From the IMG/VR virus record IMGVR_UViG_3300032330_002024, positions 6,993 to 70,992 of that record: a stretch of DNA of 64,000 nucleotides; one strand, written 5' to 3'. Position numbers and translations under genes: made by a program. How positions within the stretch are numbered: position 1 is the first letter of the stretch; each line of letters opens with the position of its first letter. The notes beneath the pieces were generated by a model. That model did not search any database and had not been told where the DNA came from. It was given only the letters and a program-made list of their open reading frames with translations. This document shows, one piece after another, positions 50,893 through 59,151 of this stretch. Source of the stretch: a virus (lineage: Duplodnaviria > Caudoviricetes).

Positions 50893-51246
50893 ATGAGTAC
50901 TTTAGCTTGGATTTTAATTGCGTATGGGATGACTAATATTTTAGTTTACGGTTCCATTTTTAATAAACAAAGAAATTTCATTCACAAATGGGGTGGTAAT
51001 GAAGATAATATTTTTTATGGGTTGGGTAACTTTATATCAGGATTAATATCATGTGTAATGTGTACAAGCACATGGGTTGGATTTTTCCTTTCATTAGCAT
51101 TTTTCTCACCAACCCAACAATTATTTGACACTAACGAAATTTTGTCTATATTTTTTGACGGGATGTTAGCATCAGGTTCAGTTTGGGCTGTTAATGCGAT
51201 AATTGAATGGTTTGAACAAAACCGACCACAAAACACAAATCTTTAA
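50893..51246 (+). CDS. Membrane protein with CxxC, DUF1360-like
   Basis: About 3 hydrophobic segments; LISCVMCTSTWVG. Confidence 0.55.
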   Translation: MSTLAWILIAYGMTNILVYGSIFNKQRNFIHKWGGNEDNIFYGLGNFISGLISCVMCTSTWVGFFLSLAFFSPTQQLFDTNEILSIFFDGMLASGSVWAVNAIIEWFEQNRPQNTNL

Positions 51247-51258
51247 AAACAAATATAT

Positions 51259-51450
51259 ATGCCAGTATCAAGAAACAGAGGTGGAGCTAAGGCCCACAGA
51301 TTGCGAGTTAAAAAAAGAAACATTAACGTCGCAAATGCAAAAACAAATTTCCAAAAACAATACACAAAGTTAATGGAAGAAAAATTGGAGGAAATGAGAA
51401 GTCAACTTTCAGCACAGACTGAAACAACTGAGATTTCTGAAAATGTCTAA
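51259..51450 (+). CDS. Small basic protein (63 aa)
   Basis: MPVSRNRGGAKAHRLRVKKR; fills the gap on the coding strand. Confidence 0.65.
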   Translation: MPVSRNRGGAKAHRLRVKKRNINVANAKTNFQKQYTKLMEEKLEEMRSQLSAQTETTEISENV

Positions 51451-51452
51451 TA

Positions 51453-53828
51453 ATGGATTTGTTTAATCCATCACCAATTTTAAATTATTTACATATGACT
51501 CATGACTTAGATTTGAGTAAGCTTGACAACCCATATATACAAGTTGTATGGGAGGATTTTGCTGAAAACTTTACTCAAGAAAAAATTAAAAGCGTAAGAC
51601 AATACTTCCAAAAAAAGTATCAATCTACTAACGTAAATGTAATTACTAAAACTAAAGCTGTTGATAATGACACGGTAAATAACGTTGACATATCATTCAA
51701 TATTTTAGACAAAAATTACCAATTAGAGTTAGTTAAGTCTTATCTCAAATCTAAGTCAAATGAGGATTTGTATGATGATATTTTTAAATTGGATAATGCG
51801 GTTGATAGTAAACTCATATTAAATCAAACTGAAGTAACACCATTTAAAAAATGGTTTATTAAGAATATTGAGTTTTCAAATTTTTTATCATACGGTGAAA
51901 ATCAAAGACTTGATTTTGATAAATGTGATGGTATATCGGTAGTTGAGTCTAACCCACCTAACTTTGGAGGAAAGACGGTTCTTTCAGTAGATTTATTATT
52001 GTTTTTATTTTTTAATGAAACAACAAAGACTACAAAGGCTGAAGAAATCTTTAACCGATTTACCGATAAAAACTCGGTAGTTGTTAAAGGTGAAGTCATG
52101 ATTGATGGTGAAGACTACATTATCGTTAGAAAGATTGAAAGAAAACTTTCAAAAAGTAATGAATGGAATGTTAAAACTGAATTAGATTTCTTTAAGAAAT
52201 TATCAGACGGTAGTCTACAGAATTTTACTGGAGAACAACGTAGAGAAACTGAAGCGTTTATTAAAACATCCATTGGTTCTAAAGATGACTTCTTAATGAC
52301 TATTCTAACAACAGCTACAAATTTAGAGGATTTGATTGATTCTAAACCAACTGCAAGAGGACAGGTCCTTTCAAGGTTTATGGGATTAGATTTTTTAAAG
52401 AAAAAAGAAGAAGCGGCTAAAGAAATTTATTCAGATTTTTCTAAATCAATGTTATCTAATGTTTATAACAGTGAACAACTTAAAAATGAAATTCAGGAAA
52501 ACATTGAAAAAATAGATAGTCTTAAAGATGGTAATTTAGAGTTAGAAAAAACTTTAAGTGACGTTATTGATAGGATTGGTAAGGGTCAAGAATATCGTGA
52601 TAATTTGTTAAAGAGTAAGTTTACTGATATTGATAGAGAGATTAGTTTACTACAACCTGATAAAGTTAATAGTGAAATAAGTTCTATTAATTTACAGAAA
52701 TCTAATGTTGTATCCCAACTTAATGAGATAAAAGTTATTGAACCGTCTCAATATTATCATGAAGATGAACATGATAAAATTAAATCGGAATACCAAGTAC
52801 AATACCGAAAGAAAGTTGAAACTGAAACTAAAATATCTTCGTTAGAACAGTTAAAGAGTTCGGTAAGCAATGGTATTAAGTGTGAACACTGTGGTATTGA
52901 ACTTATGAATGCTGCAATAACACAATCAAAGATTGCTGAACTTGACGGACTTATTGTGAAAAAAACCCAAATTGAGGGGGTAATGTCTGAGTTATCAGGC
53001 AAAGAACAAGGTTTTGTTCAACTTAAAAAAGACTTTGATGAGTATGAGAAAAACAAATTGGTTAAAGAAAAGTTAGAAGTTAGTATTGAAAGTTTTGATT
53101 TGAAAATTGAGAACTTAAATAATAAATTAATCAAGTATCAAGAAATTCAAGATAAGATTTCAGAGAACATCAAAATTGAATCTCAATTAATAAAAGCTGG
53201 GATGAGACTGGATGAACTTGACGCTGAGAAAAGAGGTGTTGAAAACAAGATTAACACTAATAATTTTACAATTAAAAATTCTGAAGATAAGATTGATTCT
53301 AATAAAAAATTAATAGAAAAAATTAAAGAAGAATCCGAGAAAGAAAAAATATACAAAATATATTTAGAAATCTTTGGTAAGAATGGTGTATCAAAAATGA
53401 TTATGAAAACAATGATGCCTTTGATAAATTCAGAATTACAAAGATTGTTAGAGGATAGTTCACATTTTAGATTAGAAATTAGAATCAATGATAAGAATGA
53501 GGTTGAGTTCATTATGATTGACAATAACACACAAGTTGAAAAATTAATGGTTTCAGGTTCAGGATATGAAAGGACTATTGCGTCATTAGCTTTAAGAGCG
53601 GTATTAAGTAAAATTTGTTCATTACCAAAACCAAATATTATTGTGTTTGATGAGGTATTTGGTAAGATTTCTAACGATAATTTAGATATGGTTTCTGAAT
53701 TTTTTACAAAGATTAAAGAATATTTTGAAAAGATTTTTGTTATTACTCACAACCCATTAGTAACCAATTGGTCGGATAATGTTGTTAGAATTAAAAAAAT
53801 TGATAATATTAGTTTTGTGACTCAGTAA
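51453..53828 (+). CDS. sbcC: SbcC/Rad50/gp46-like SMC ATPase with N-terminal extension
   Basis: IKNIEFSNFLSYG, NFGGKT, Zn hook CEHCG, coiled coils, GSGYE signature, VFDEV, ITHN. Confidence 0.9.
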   Translation: MDLFNPSPILNYLHMTHDLDLSKLDNPYIQVVWEDFAENFTQEKIKSVRQYFQKKYQSTNVNVITKTKAVDNDTVNNVDISFNILDKNYQLELVKSYLKSKSNEDLYDDIFKLDNAVDSKLILNQTEVTPFKKWFIKNIEFSNFLSYGENQRLDFDKCDGISVVESNPPNFGGKTVLSVDLLLFLFFNETTKTTKAEEIFNRFTDKNSVVVKGEVMIDGEDYIIVRKIERKLSKSNEWNVKTELDFFKKLSDGSLQNFTGEQRRETEAFIKTSIGSKDDFLMTILTTATNLEDLIDSKPTARGQVLSRFMGLDFLKKKEEAAKEIYSDFSKSMLSNVYNSEQLKNEIQENIEKIDSLKDGNLELEKTLSDVIDRIGKGQEYRDNLLKSKFTDIDREISLLQPDKVNSEISSINLQKSNVVSQLNEIKVIEPSQYYHEDEHDKIKSEYQVQYRKKVETETKISSLEQLKSSVSNGIKCEHCGIELMNAAITQSKIAELDGLIVKKTQIEGVMSELSGKEQGFVQLKKDFDEYEKNKLVKEKLEVSIESFDLKIENLNNKLIKYQEIQDKISENIKIESQLIKAGMRLDELDAEKRGVENKINTNNFTIKNSEDKIDSNKKLIEKIKEESEKEKIYKIYLEIFGKNGVSKMIMKTMMPLINSELQRLLEDSSHFRLEIRINDKNEVEFIMIDNNTQVEKLMVSGSGYERTIASLALRAVLSKICSLPKPNIIVFDEVFGKISNDNLDMVSEFFTKIKEYFEKIFVITHNPLVTNWSDNVVRIKKIDNISFVTQ

Positions 53829-53856
53829 TTTAGTTTATATTAGCAAAAAATATATT

Positions 53857-54366
53857 ATGAAGTACATCTTATTCTTGTTTGGTAAAAGTGATGACCAAGA
53901 AGTTTTTGTGGATAAAATTGCAAAGTTTTTAAGTTTATCTATGAAAAGCGATTCAGTTAGATTTTATTTTGGTGAAAGTGCTGCAGTTTTTACATTTGAT
54001 ACTGATTTAAATTTAAAAAATGTCACATCTAACCTTGACGAATTATTTAATAAACCTGAAATAATTTATTTCCTTTTACCATATAGGACTGACAATTTGT
54101 CAGTAAAACTTGACTCTATTACACAAACTCATCTATTTGGCACTGATGATGATATTATTACGGATAATGAATTTTTGAAAATAATTAAAGATAGAATTGA
54201 AAAAAACCTTATATTTGACGAAGAAGAATATGAGGACGATGACCTTTGTTTAACTAACAAAGTGAAAGAACCATTACTTGATGACATTTTAGATAAAATA
54301 TCTCATAGTGGATTATCTTCTTTAAGTGAATACGAGAAAAAACTTTTAAACGAATACTCAAAATAA
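53857..54366 (+). CDS. Hypothetical protein with DUF6576-like C-terminal motif
   Basis: LDDILDKISHSGLSSLSEYEKKLL. Confidence 0.6.
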   Translation: MKYILFLFGKSDDQEVFVDKIAKFLSLSMKSDSVRFYFGESAAVFTFDTDLNLKNVTSNLDELFNKPEIIYFLLPYRTDNLSVKLDSITQTHLFGTDDDIITDNEFLKIIKDRIEKNLIFDEEEYEDDDLCLTNKVKEPLLDDILDKISHSGLSSLSEYEKKLLNEYSK

Positions 54367-54369
54367 AAT

Positions 54370-55170
54370 ATGAAACAAAAAAACTCATCAATCCCAATTA
54401 ACCAAGAAGAAATTCAACATTACTTAAAAGATATTCGTAGAATAAAAGTAATGACCCCTGAACGTGAGAAAGAATTGTCTAAACTAATAATGGATGGTAA
54501 CATTTCAGAAACAGAGAGACAAAAAATTAATAAAGAACTTTTAGAGGGTAATTTAAGATTTGTGATAACAGTTGCTAAACAATACCAAAATCAAGGTTTA
54601 GATTTTCCTGACTTGATTGCTGAAGGTAATTTAGGGTTAATGAAAGCAATTCAAAACTTTGACTGGTCAAAAAACTTACGTTTTATATCTTACGCAGTAT
54701 GGTGGGTTAAACAATCAATTTTACAATCTTTAAATGACAACGCTCGTACCATACGACTACCTGTTAACGTTGTACAAGATTTACAAAGAGCGAAAAAACA
54801 AGTTGAAAATAGTGGGGCTAAGTTAGATGATAAGTTTGAAAATTTACCATCTATCATTGACTTAGACATGTACATCAATGAGGAAGGTGATACATTAGTG
54901 GATATTATTAAAAATGAAGATGCTGATATGCCTGACGCGATTTTTAGTAATGATGGGGTCTTAAAATCACAACTAATGTCAATCCTCAGTATTTTAGATG
55001 AAAGAGAAAAAGTAATCATACAAGACTATTTTGGTATCTCAGGAACCCCAAGAACATTAGAAGATATTGGTGGTGACTTTAATCTTACAAAAGAAAGAGT
55101 TAGACAGATTAAAGAAAAGGCATTACGAAAATTAAGGAACGAGAGTTCTGTTTTATTCGACTACTTGTAG
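54370..55170 (+). CDS. rpoD: RNA polymerase sigma70-family factor, Bacteroidota primary-sigma-like
   Basis: YLKDIRR, NLRFVITVAKQYQNQGL..DLIAEGNLGL, RFISYAVWWVKQSI, IRLPVN, TLEDIG..LTKERVRQIKEKALRKLR. Confidence 0.85.
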   Translation: MKQKNSSIPINQEEIQHYLKDIRRIKVMTPEREKELSKLIMDGNISETERQKINKELLEGNLRFVITVAKQYQNQGLDFPDLIAEGNLGLMKAIQNFDWSKNLRFISYAVWWVKQSILQSLNDNARTIRLPVNVVQDLQRAKKQVENSGAKLDDKFENLPSIIDLDMYINEEGDTLVDIIKNEDADMPDAIFSNDGVLKSQLMSILSILDEREKVIIQDYFGISGTPRTLEDIGGDFNLTKERVRQIKEKALRKLRNESSVLFDYL

Positions 55171-55175
55171 AAAAA

Positions 55176-55214
55176 ATAAAAACCTTCTATTTATTATGAT
55201 AGAGGGTTTTTTAT
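55176..55214 (+). terminator. Intrinsic (bidirectional-type) terminator with TATTTAT in stem/loop
   Basis: AAAACCTTCTAT-ttattatg-ATAGAGGGTTTT flanked by A and T runs; TATTTAT at 55188-55194. Confidence 0.7.
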
Positions 55215-55234
55215 TTTATTAAAAAAAAATTATT

Positions 55235-55564
55235 ATGAAAAATTTTATTGAGTTAGTAAAAAAATATAAGTTGTATATTTTATCCGCATTATTTGTGATT
55301 TTCTTTTTTAGGTCATGTAGTAAATCAGGACAGATAAACAAATTAGAAAAGTCCGAAATAAAAAAGGAAAAAATGATTGATAGTTTAAGTAATGTGATTA
55401 AGAGTCAGGAGTATACTATTAATAATATTTCAGAAGTTATTCGACTTGAAAAAGTTAAAGTCCACACTGAATATGATAATTACATTTCAAGTAAAGATAG
55501 AGGTGAGCAACTTATGGAACTACATATGATAGTTAAACAAAATATTAAAGATTTACAAAAATGA
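55235..55564 (+). CDS. Membrane-anchored or lipoprotein-like coiled-coil protein (possible o-spanin)
   Basis: ILSALFVIFFFRSC then coiled coil; heads the lysis-like cluster. Confidence 0.45.
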   Translation: MKNFIELVKKYKLYILSALFVIFFFRSCSKSGQINKLEKSEIKKEKMIDSLSNVIKSQEYTINNISEVIRLEKVKVHTEYDNYISSKDRGEQLMELHMIVKQNIKDLQK

Positions 55565-56286
55565 TTAAAATTTGGGAATGGATAAAGAATAATCCTAATA
55601 GGACCATGTTTTTGGTTCCTATTTTTTTAGTTGCAGGTATTTCCATTTCACACGTGGTTTCATGGTATGATATTGCAAACCCTTTTAGTTGGGCGGTTTA
55701 TTTATCTATAGCAATTGAGGTGGGAGCAATGACCGCTTTGGTTGCTGCAACTAATAAGATTAAAGGTGGTGTTTGGTTTATGTTTGGTCTCATCACATTA
55801 ATTCAAATGATAGGGAATGTATTCTTCTCATATAAAGAAATTGATTCTAATAGTGACTTATTTAAATCTTGGGTAGAACTTACAGGTCCTTTATTTGAAG
55901 GATTAGGTTCCGACCCTTCAGATGTTATATCACAAAAGAGATGGTTAGCATTTTTAGAAGGTGGGTTACTTCCAATAATTTCATTAACATCGTTACATTT
56001 CTTTACAAAGTATGAAAGTGGTAAAAAAGACGAAACTGTTGAAATTAAAAAGGATGAGAGTCATATTGAAGATGTTAAATTAAAAATACGACAAGACGAA
56101 CAACAACAAGTAGAAATTGTTCATCTCTTCCAAGAAGAAGTAAGTAACCAAGTAACCGACCAAGTAACCGACCAAGTGACCGTACATGATGAGATTACAG
56201 AAACTTTTGATATTGATGAATCTAACATACAGGAAGAAAATAACGAAAACAATAAAAAAAGAATAGTGTATTCTAAAACTGTTTAA
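55561..56286 (+). CDS. Multi-pass membrane protein (holin candidate)
   Basis: About 4 hydrophobic helices plus acidic tail; directly upstream of the amidase. Confidence 0.45.
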   Translation: MIKIWEWIKNNPNRTMFLVPIFLVAGISISHVVSWYDIANPFSWAVYLSIAIEVGAMTALVAATNKIKGGVWFMFGLITLIQMIGNVFFSYKEIDSNSDLFKSWVELTGPLFEGLGSDPSDVISQKRWLAFLEGGLLPIISLTSLHFFTKYESGKKDETVEIKKDESHIEDVKLKIRQDEQQQVEIVHLFQEEVSNQVTDQVTDQVTVHDEITETFDIDESNIQEENNENNKKRIVYSKTV

Positions 56287-56299
56287 TTTTTAATGGTTG

Positions 56300-56896
56300 A
56301 TGAATGAAATCATTAAATATGGTAAATTTAAACCGACAGGTAAACAAAAAAAGAAAAGTCAAATAATTCTTGTTCATACTGGAAGACCCATTGAATCTTA
56401 CTTATTAGGTTTAAAGTATAGATTCAACGGGAAGTATCAAAAAATTCCAAATTATATAATCGGTAGAGATGGTAAAATATTAGAATTATTATCTAATACT
56501 GAGTATTCTAGTTTTTTTAATTCACCTGATGTAAATCGTAATTCAATAATCATATCATTAGAAAATTTAGGTTGGTTACATAAAGAACCTTTAAATGATT
56601 ATTACGTTAACTGGATTGGTGATATTTATAAGGGAGATGTTTTCGAAAGAAAGTGGAGAGATTATTTTTTTTGGCAACCATATACAACAATACAGTTAGA
56701 AAACACTGCAAAACTGTGTAAAACGTTGTTTAATGAAGTTCCAATTGAAAATAATGTTTTGGGTCACAACACCAAAATAAGTGGGGTTGATAAGTACAGA
56801 GGGATAGTGAGTAGGAGTAATTTCGGAATTGAATTCACTGATGTGAGTCCAGCATTTAACTTTGAAATATTTTTAAAAAACATAGAAAATGAATAA
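56300..56896 (+). CDS. N-acetylmuramoyl-L-alanine amidase (Amidase_2), probable endolysin
   Basis: ATG at 56300 (track 56297). IILVHTG, NYIIGRDGKI, NSIIISLEN, YTTIQLE, VLGHN, DVSP. Confidence 0.8.
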   Translation: MNEIIKYGKFKPTGKQKKKSQIILVHTGRPIESYLLGLKYRFNGKYQKIPNYIIGRDGKILELLSNTEYSSFFNSPDVNRNSIIISLENLGWLHKEPLNDYYVNWIGDIYKGDVFERKWRDYFFWQPYTTIQLENTAKLCKTLFNEVPIENNVLGHNTKISGVDKYRGIVSRSNFGIEFTDVSPAFNFEIFLKNIENE

Positions 56897-57494
56897 TACA
56901 CATGATGAAATAAAAAATTTATTGAAAGCTTCAAGAAACATGCTTTCTAAGCCAATAAATGAAGAGCAAGTAAAAAATATTAGACAAAAATATTCATTAC
57001 TTACTGAAGAAGAATATGAGACCGGTTCATCGGTTGTTGATAAAATAAACGTTACAAAATCTGTTGACGACAGAATAGATAGTGATGTTAAATCAAAAAA
57101 AGATAAAACTCAATCTTACAGGATTTCCGGTGGTATTTTAGTTCTACACGGTAAAGAACAATCTGAATTAGAATTAACTACTGATGAAAAAATTGCATTC
57201 CAAGAAACAATGGATGAGTTTGTTGCGGAAGTATCTGATTTAGTGGATTTCAATAAACTGAATGTTTATACAAATAATGTTGAATGGTCAGGTAAAATAA
57301 TTGATTTTGATATTGATTTTTTCTTTTCAATAGGGGAAGAAAATGGTATGTATATTAATGGAGAAATGATTAAAACTGACGAATCGTTTTTAGAATTACT
57401 TACTAAATTAAAGACTTTTTATCAGAAGTTTAAATCTAAATGGGCTAAGGTATTAGCATCAAGGAAAAAAACTAAAAAAGAAGATGAAGAATAG
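56889..57494 (+). CDS. Hypothetical protein, putative head-associated
   Basis: INEEQVKNIRQKYSLLTEEE; ORF overlaps both neighbours. Confidence 0.65.
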   Translation: MNNTHDEIKNLLKASRNMLSKPINEEQVKNIRQKYSLLTEEEYETGSSVVDKINVTKSVDDRIDSDVKSKKDKTQSYRISGGILVLHGKEQSELELTTDEKIAFQETMDEFVAEVSDLVDFNKLNVYTNNVEWSGKIIDFDIDFFFSIGEENGMYINGEMIKTDESFLELLTKLKTFYQKFKSKWAKVLASRKKTKKEDEE

Positions 57495-57822
57495 TATAGT
57501 CGGTGTCTTATTTTTAATTATAATCGGTTTGTTTGTTTATGAAAGTATTACAACAAATAAAATAAAAACTGATGTTGAAAAGTATCAAACTTCAATAGAC
57601 AGTCTCCAAACAAAAATTGATTCGGTATCATTAATCAATAAAGAATTGGATAATAAGCTAGCTGAACTTGATACAAATATTGCTGAGATTACTCAAGAAA
57701 TTGAATTGGTTGATAACAACATAAACGTTATAAAAAACAAAACAAATGAAAAAGTTGATATTGTTGACCATTATGACAACGCTGAGCTTAATCAGTTTTT
57801 CACAGGTAGATACGGGAATTAA
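57484..57822 (+). CDS. N-terminal TM plus periplasmic coiled coil (i-spanin/Rz-like topology)
   Basis: IVGVLFLIIIGLFVY then heptads IDSLQTKIDSV..LDNKLAELDTNIAEI. Confidence 0.5.
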   Translation: MKNSIVGVLFLIIIGLFVYESITTNKIKTDVEKYQTSIDSLQTKIDSVSLINKELDNKLAELDTNIAEITQEIELVDNNINVIKNKTNEKVDIVDHYDNAELNQFFTGRYGN

Positions 57823-58168
57823 AGACACTACCAAAGTTATTATCAGTTCTCAAGTTGCAAGAAAAATTGCTAAAGACTTAGTTAGACTAGATGGATGTAT
57901 TCAAGAGAATCAAGAATTGTACTCTAAAATATCATTGATTGAGGACCGAGAAAAACAAAAAGATAGTAAGATTCAAATTTTAGAGGAGAAAGACTCAAAT
58001 AATCAAGAAATTATTCATGATAAAGATTTACAGATTTATCAGTACGAACATCTTACTGATGATTTACAGAATGAAATAAAAACCACTAATGATAAATTCA
58101 TTTGGTGGAGACGAGGAACCATTGCAAGTGGTGGTGTGATAATCTTACTTTTAATCTTTGCGTTATAA
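57746..58168 (+). CDS. Exported coiled-coil protein with C-terminal TM (spanin-partner candidate)
   Basis: Signal peptide MKKLILL..SFS-Q, coiled coil, C-terminal TIASGGVIILLLIFAL; overlaps the upstream gene by 77 nt. Confidence 0.5.
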   Translation: MKKLILLTIMTTLSLISFSQVDTGIKDTTKVIISSQVARKIAKDLVRLDGCIQENQELYSKISLIEDREKQKDSKIQILEEKDSNNQEIIHDKDLQIYQYEHLTDDLQNEIKTTNDKFIWWRRGTIASGGVIILLLIFAL

Positions 58169-59124
58169 TGAAATTAAAAGAAAATTTAACTGACGATTTT
58201 AAACAAAAGGCTAGTAATTATATTATGAACCAAAGTAATATATCATCAAGTCCTGAGGGTTCTGTAACTGGTTTTCAAACGATAAATAAACTGAATAATG
58301 AATTAACAGAAAAAAAAATGAAAAACAAACCAATTAACAAGGGGTTTAAAAAAAGTAATGTTACTGATTTAGTTGGTAAAGGTAAGATGGATTTACCAAT
58401 TGGTAAATTATATTCATTTGGTAAATCTCAGACTAATGAAGACAAAAGGGCTAAAGAACAATTTAAATTAGATTTAAAGAACGACCCTGATTTCCAAGAC
58501 ATTAAAAAAGATGCTGGAGAATTCGGAACTCCAAATGTATCACTTAACGACCCATTTATCAAAAAGAAAAAATATAAGCACATTCCTAAAATTGAAAAAA
58601 TTGATGAAGAATGGTCTGAGAAATATAAGAAAAGTATAGATTGTAAGAATCCAAAAGGATTCTCACAGAAAGCTCATTGTCAAGGAAGAAAAAAGAAAGG
58701 GGAACAAAGTGAAGCAACAGGTGCTGGTTCTGCGGGTGGATTTGTTGCTCCTGTAGGATTTGACCCTAATAGTGATTTTGTTAAAAGAAGTTTTTCAGAA
58801 AAACCCAAAAAAGTTGAAACAAAAGAAGCGACAGGTTCTGGGTCATCTGGTTCATATGAAACTACTGCGGCTTGGGCTAAATCTACAAAGAAAAAAGATT
58901 GGAGAGGTGCTTCTAAACCACAAATACCTGGAGGTAAATTTGTTCAGGTTAAGAAAAAATGTAAAAAGTTTCCATACTGTAATCAAGGTGACATCAACTC
59001 ATTGAACATTTGGGAAAATGAAACTTTAAAAAAAGTTATATCTAATGTAAGTCAAAAATACAATATAAGTGAAAATGTTGTAAAAAATATTATAGCTTAC
59101 GAATATGATTTGATTAAAAGATAA
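58168..59124 (+). CDS. Modular hypothetical protein, putative head-internal
   Basis: Probable ATG at 58168 (track 58102). WSEKYKKSIDCKNPKGFSQKAHCQG module, two EATG.GS.G repeats, CKKFPYCNQG. Confidence 0.65.
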   Translation: MKLKENLTDDFKQKASNYIMNQSNISSSPEGSVTGFQTINKLNNELTEKKMKNKPINKGFKKSNVTDLVGKGKMDLPIGKLYSFGKSQTNEDKRAKEQFKLDLKNDPDFQDIKKDAGEFGTPNVSLNDPFIKKKKYKHIPKIEKIDEEWSEKYKKSIDCKNPKGFSQKAHCQGRKKKGEQSEATGAGSAGGFVAPVGFDPNSDFVKRSFSEKPKKVETKEATGSGSSGSYETTAAWAKSTKKKDWRGASKPQIPGGKFVQVKKKCKKFPYCNQGDINSLNIWENETLKKVISNVSQKYNISENVVKNIIAYEYDLIKR

Positions 59125-59133
59125 AATAATAGA

Positions 59134-59145
59134 TATTTATAAATA
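59134..59145 (+). promoter_or_regulatory. TATTTAT motif within palindrome TATTTATAAATA
   Basis: TATTTAT ends 11 nt before ATG 59152. Confidence 0.5.
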
Positions 59146-59151
59146 AAAAAA

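Noticed and set aside
13755-55170. Stop-codon reassignment (TAG/TGA), known in some large phages
   Set aside because: Standard code gives full-length, tightly packed genes. recA and sigma end naturally at TAG and primase at TGA.
56149-56184. 12-bp tandem repeat CAAGTAACCGAC (2 exact copies plus 1 degenerate)
   Set aside because: In-frame QVTD repeat in a low-complexity tail; no frameshift potential
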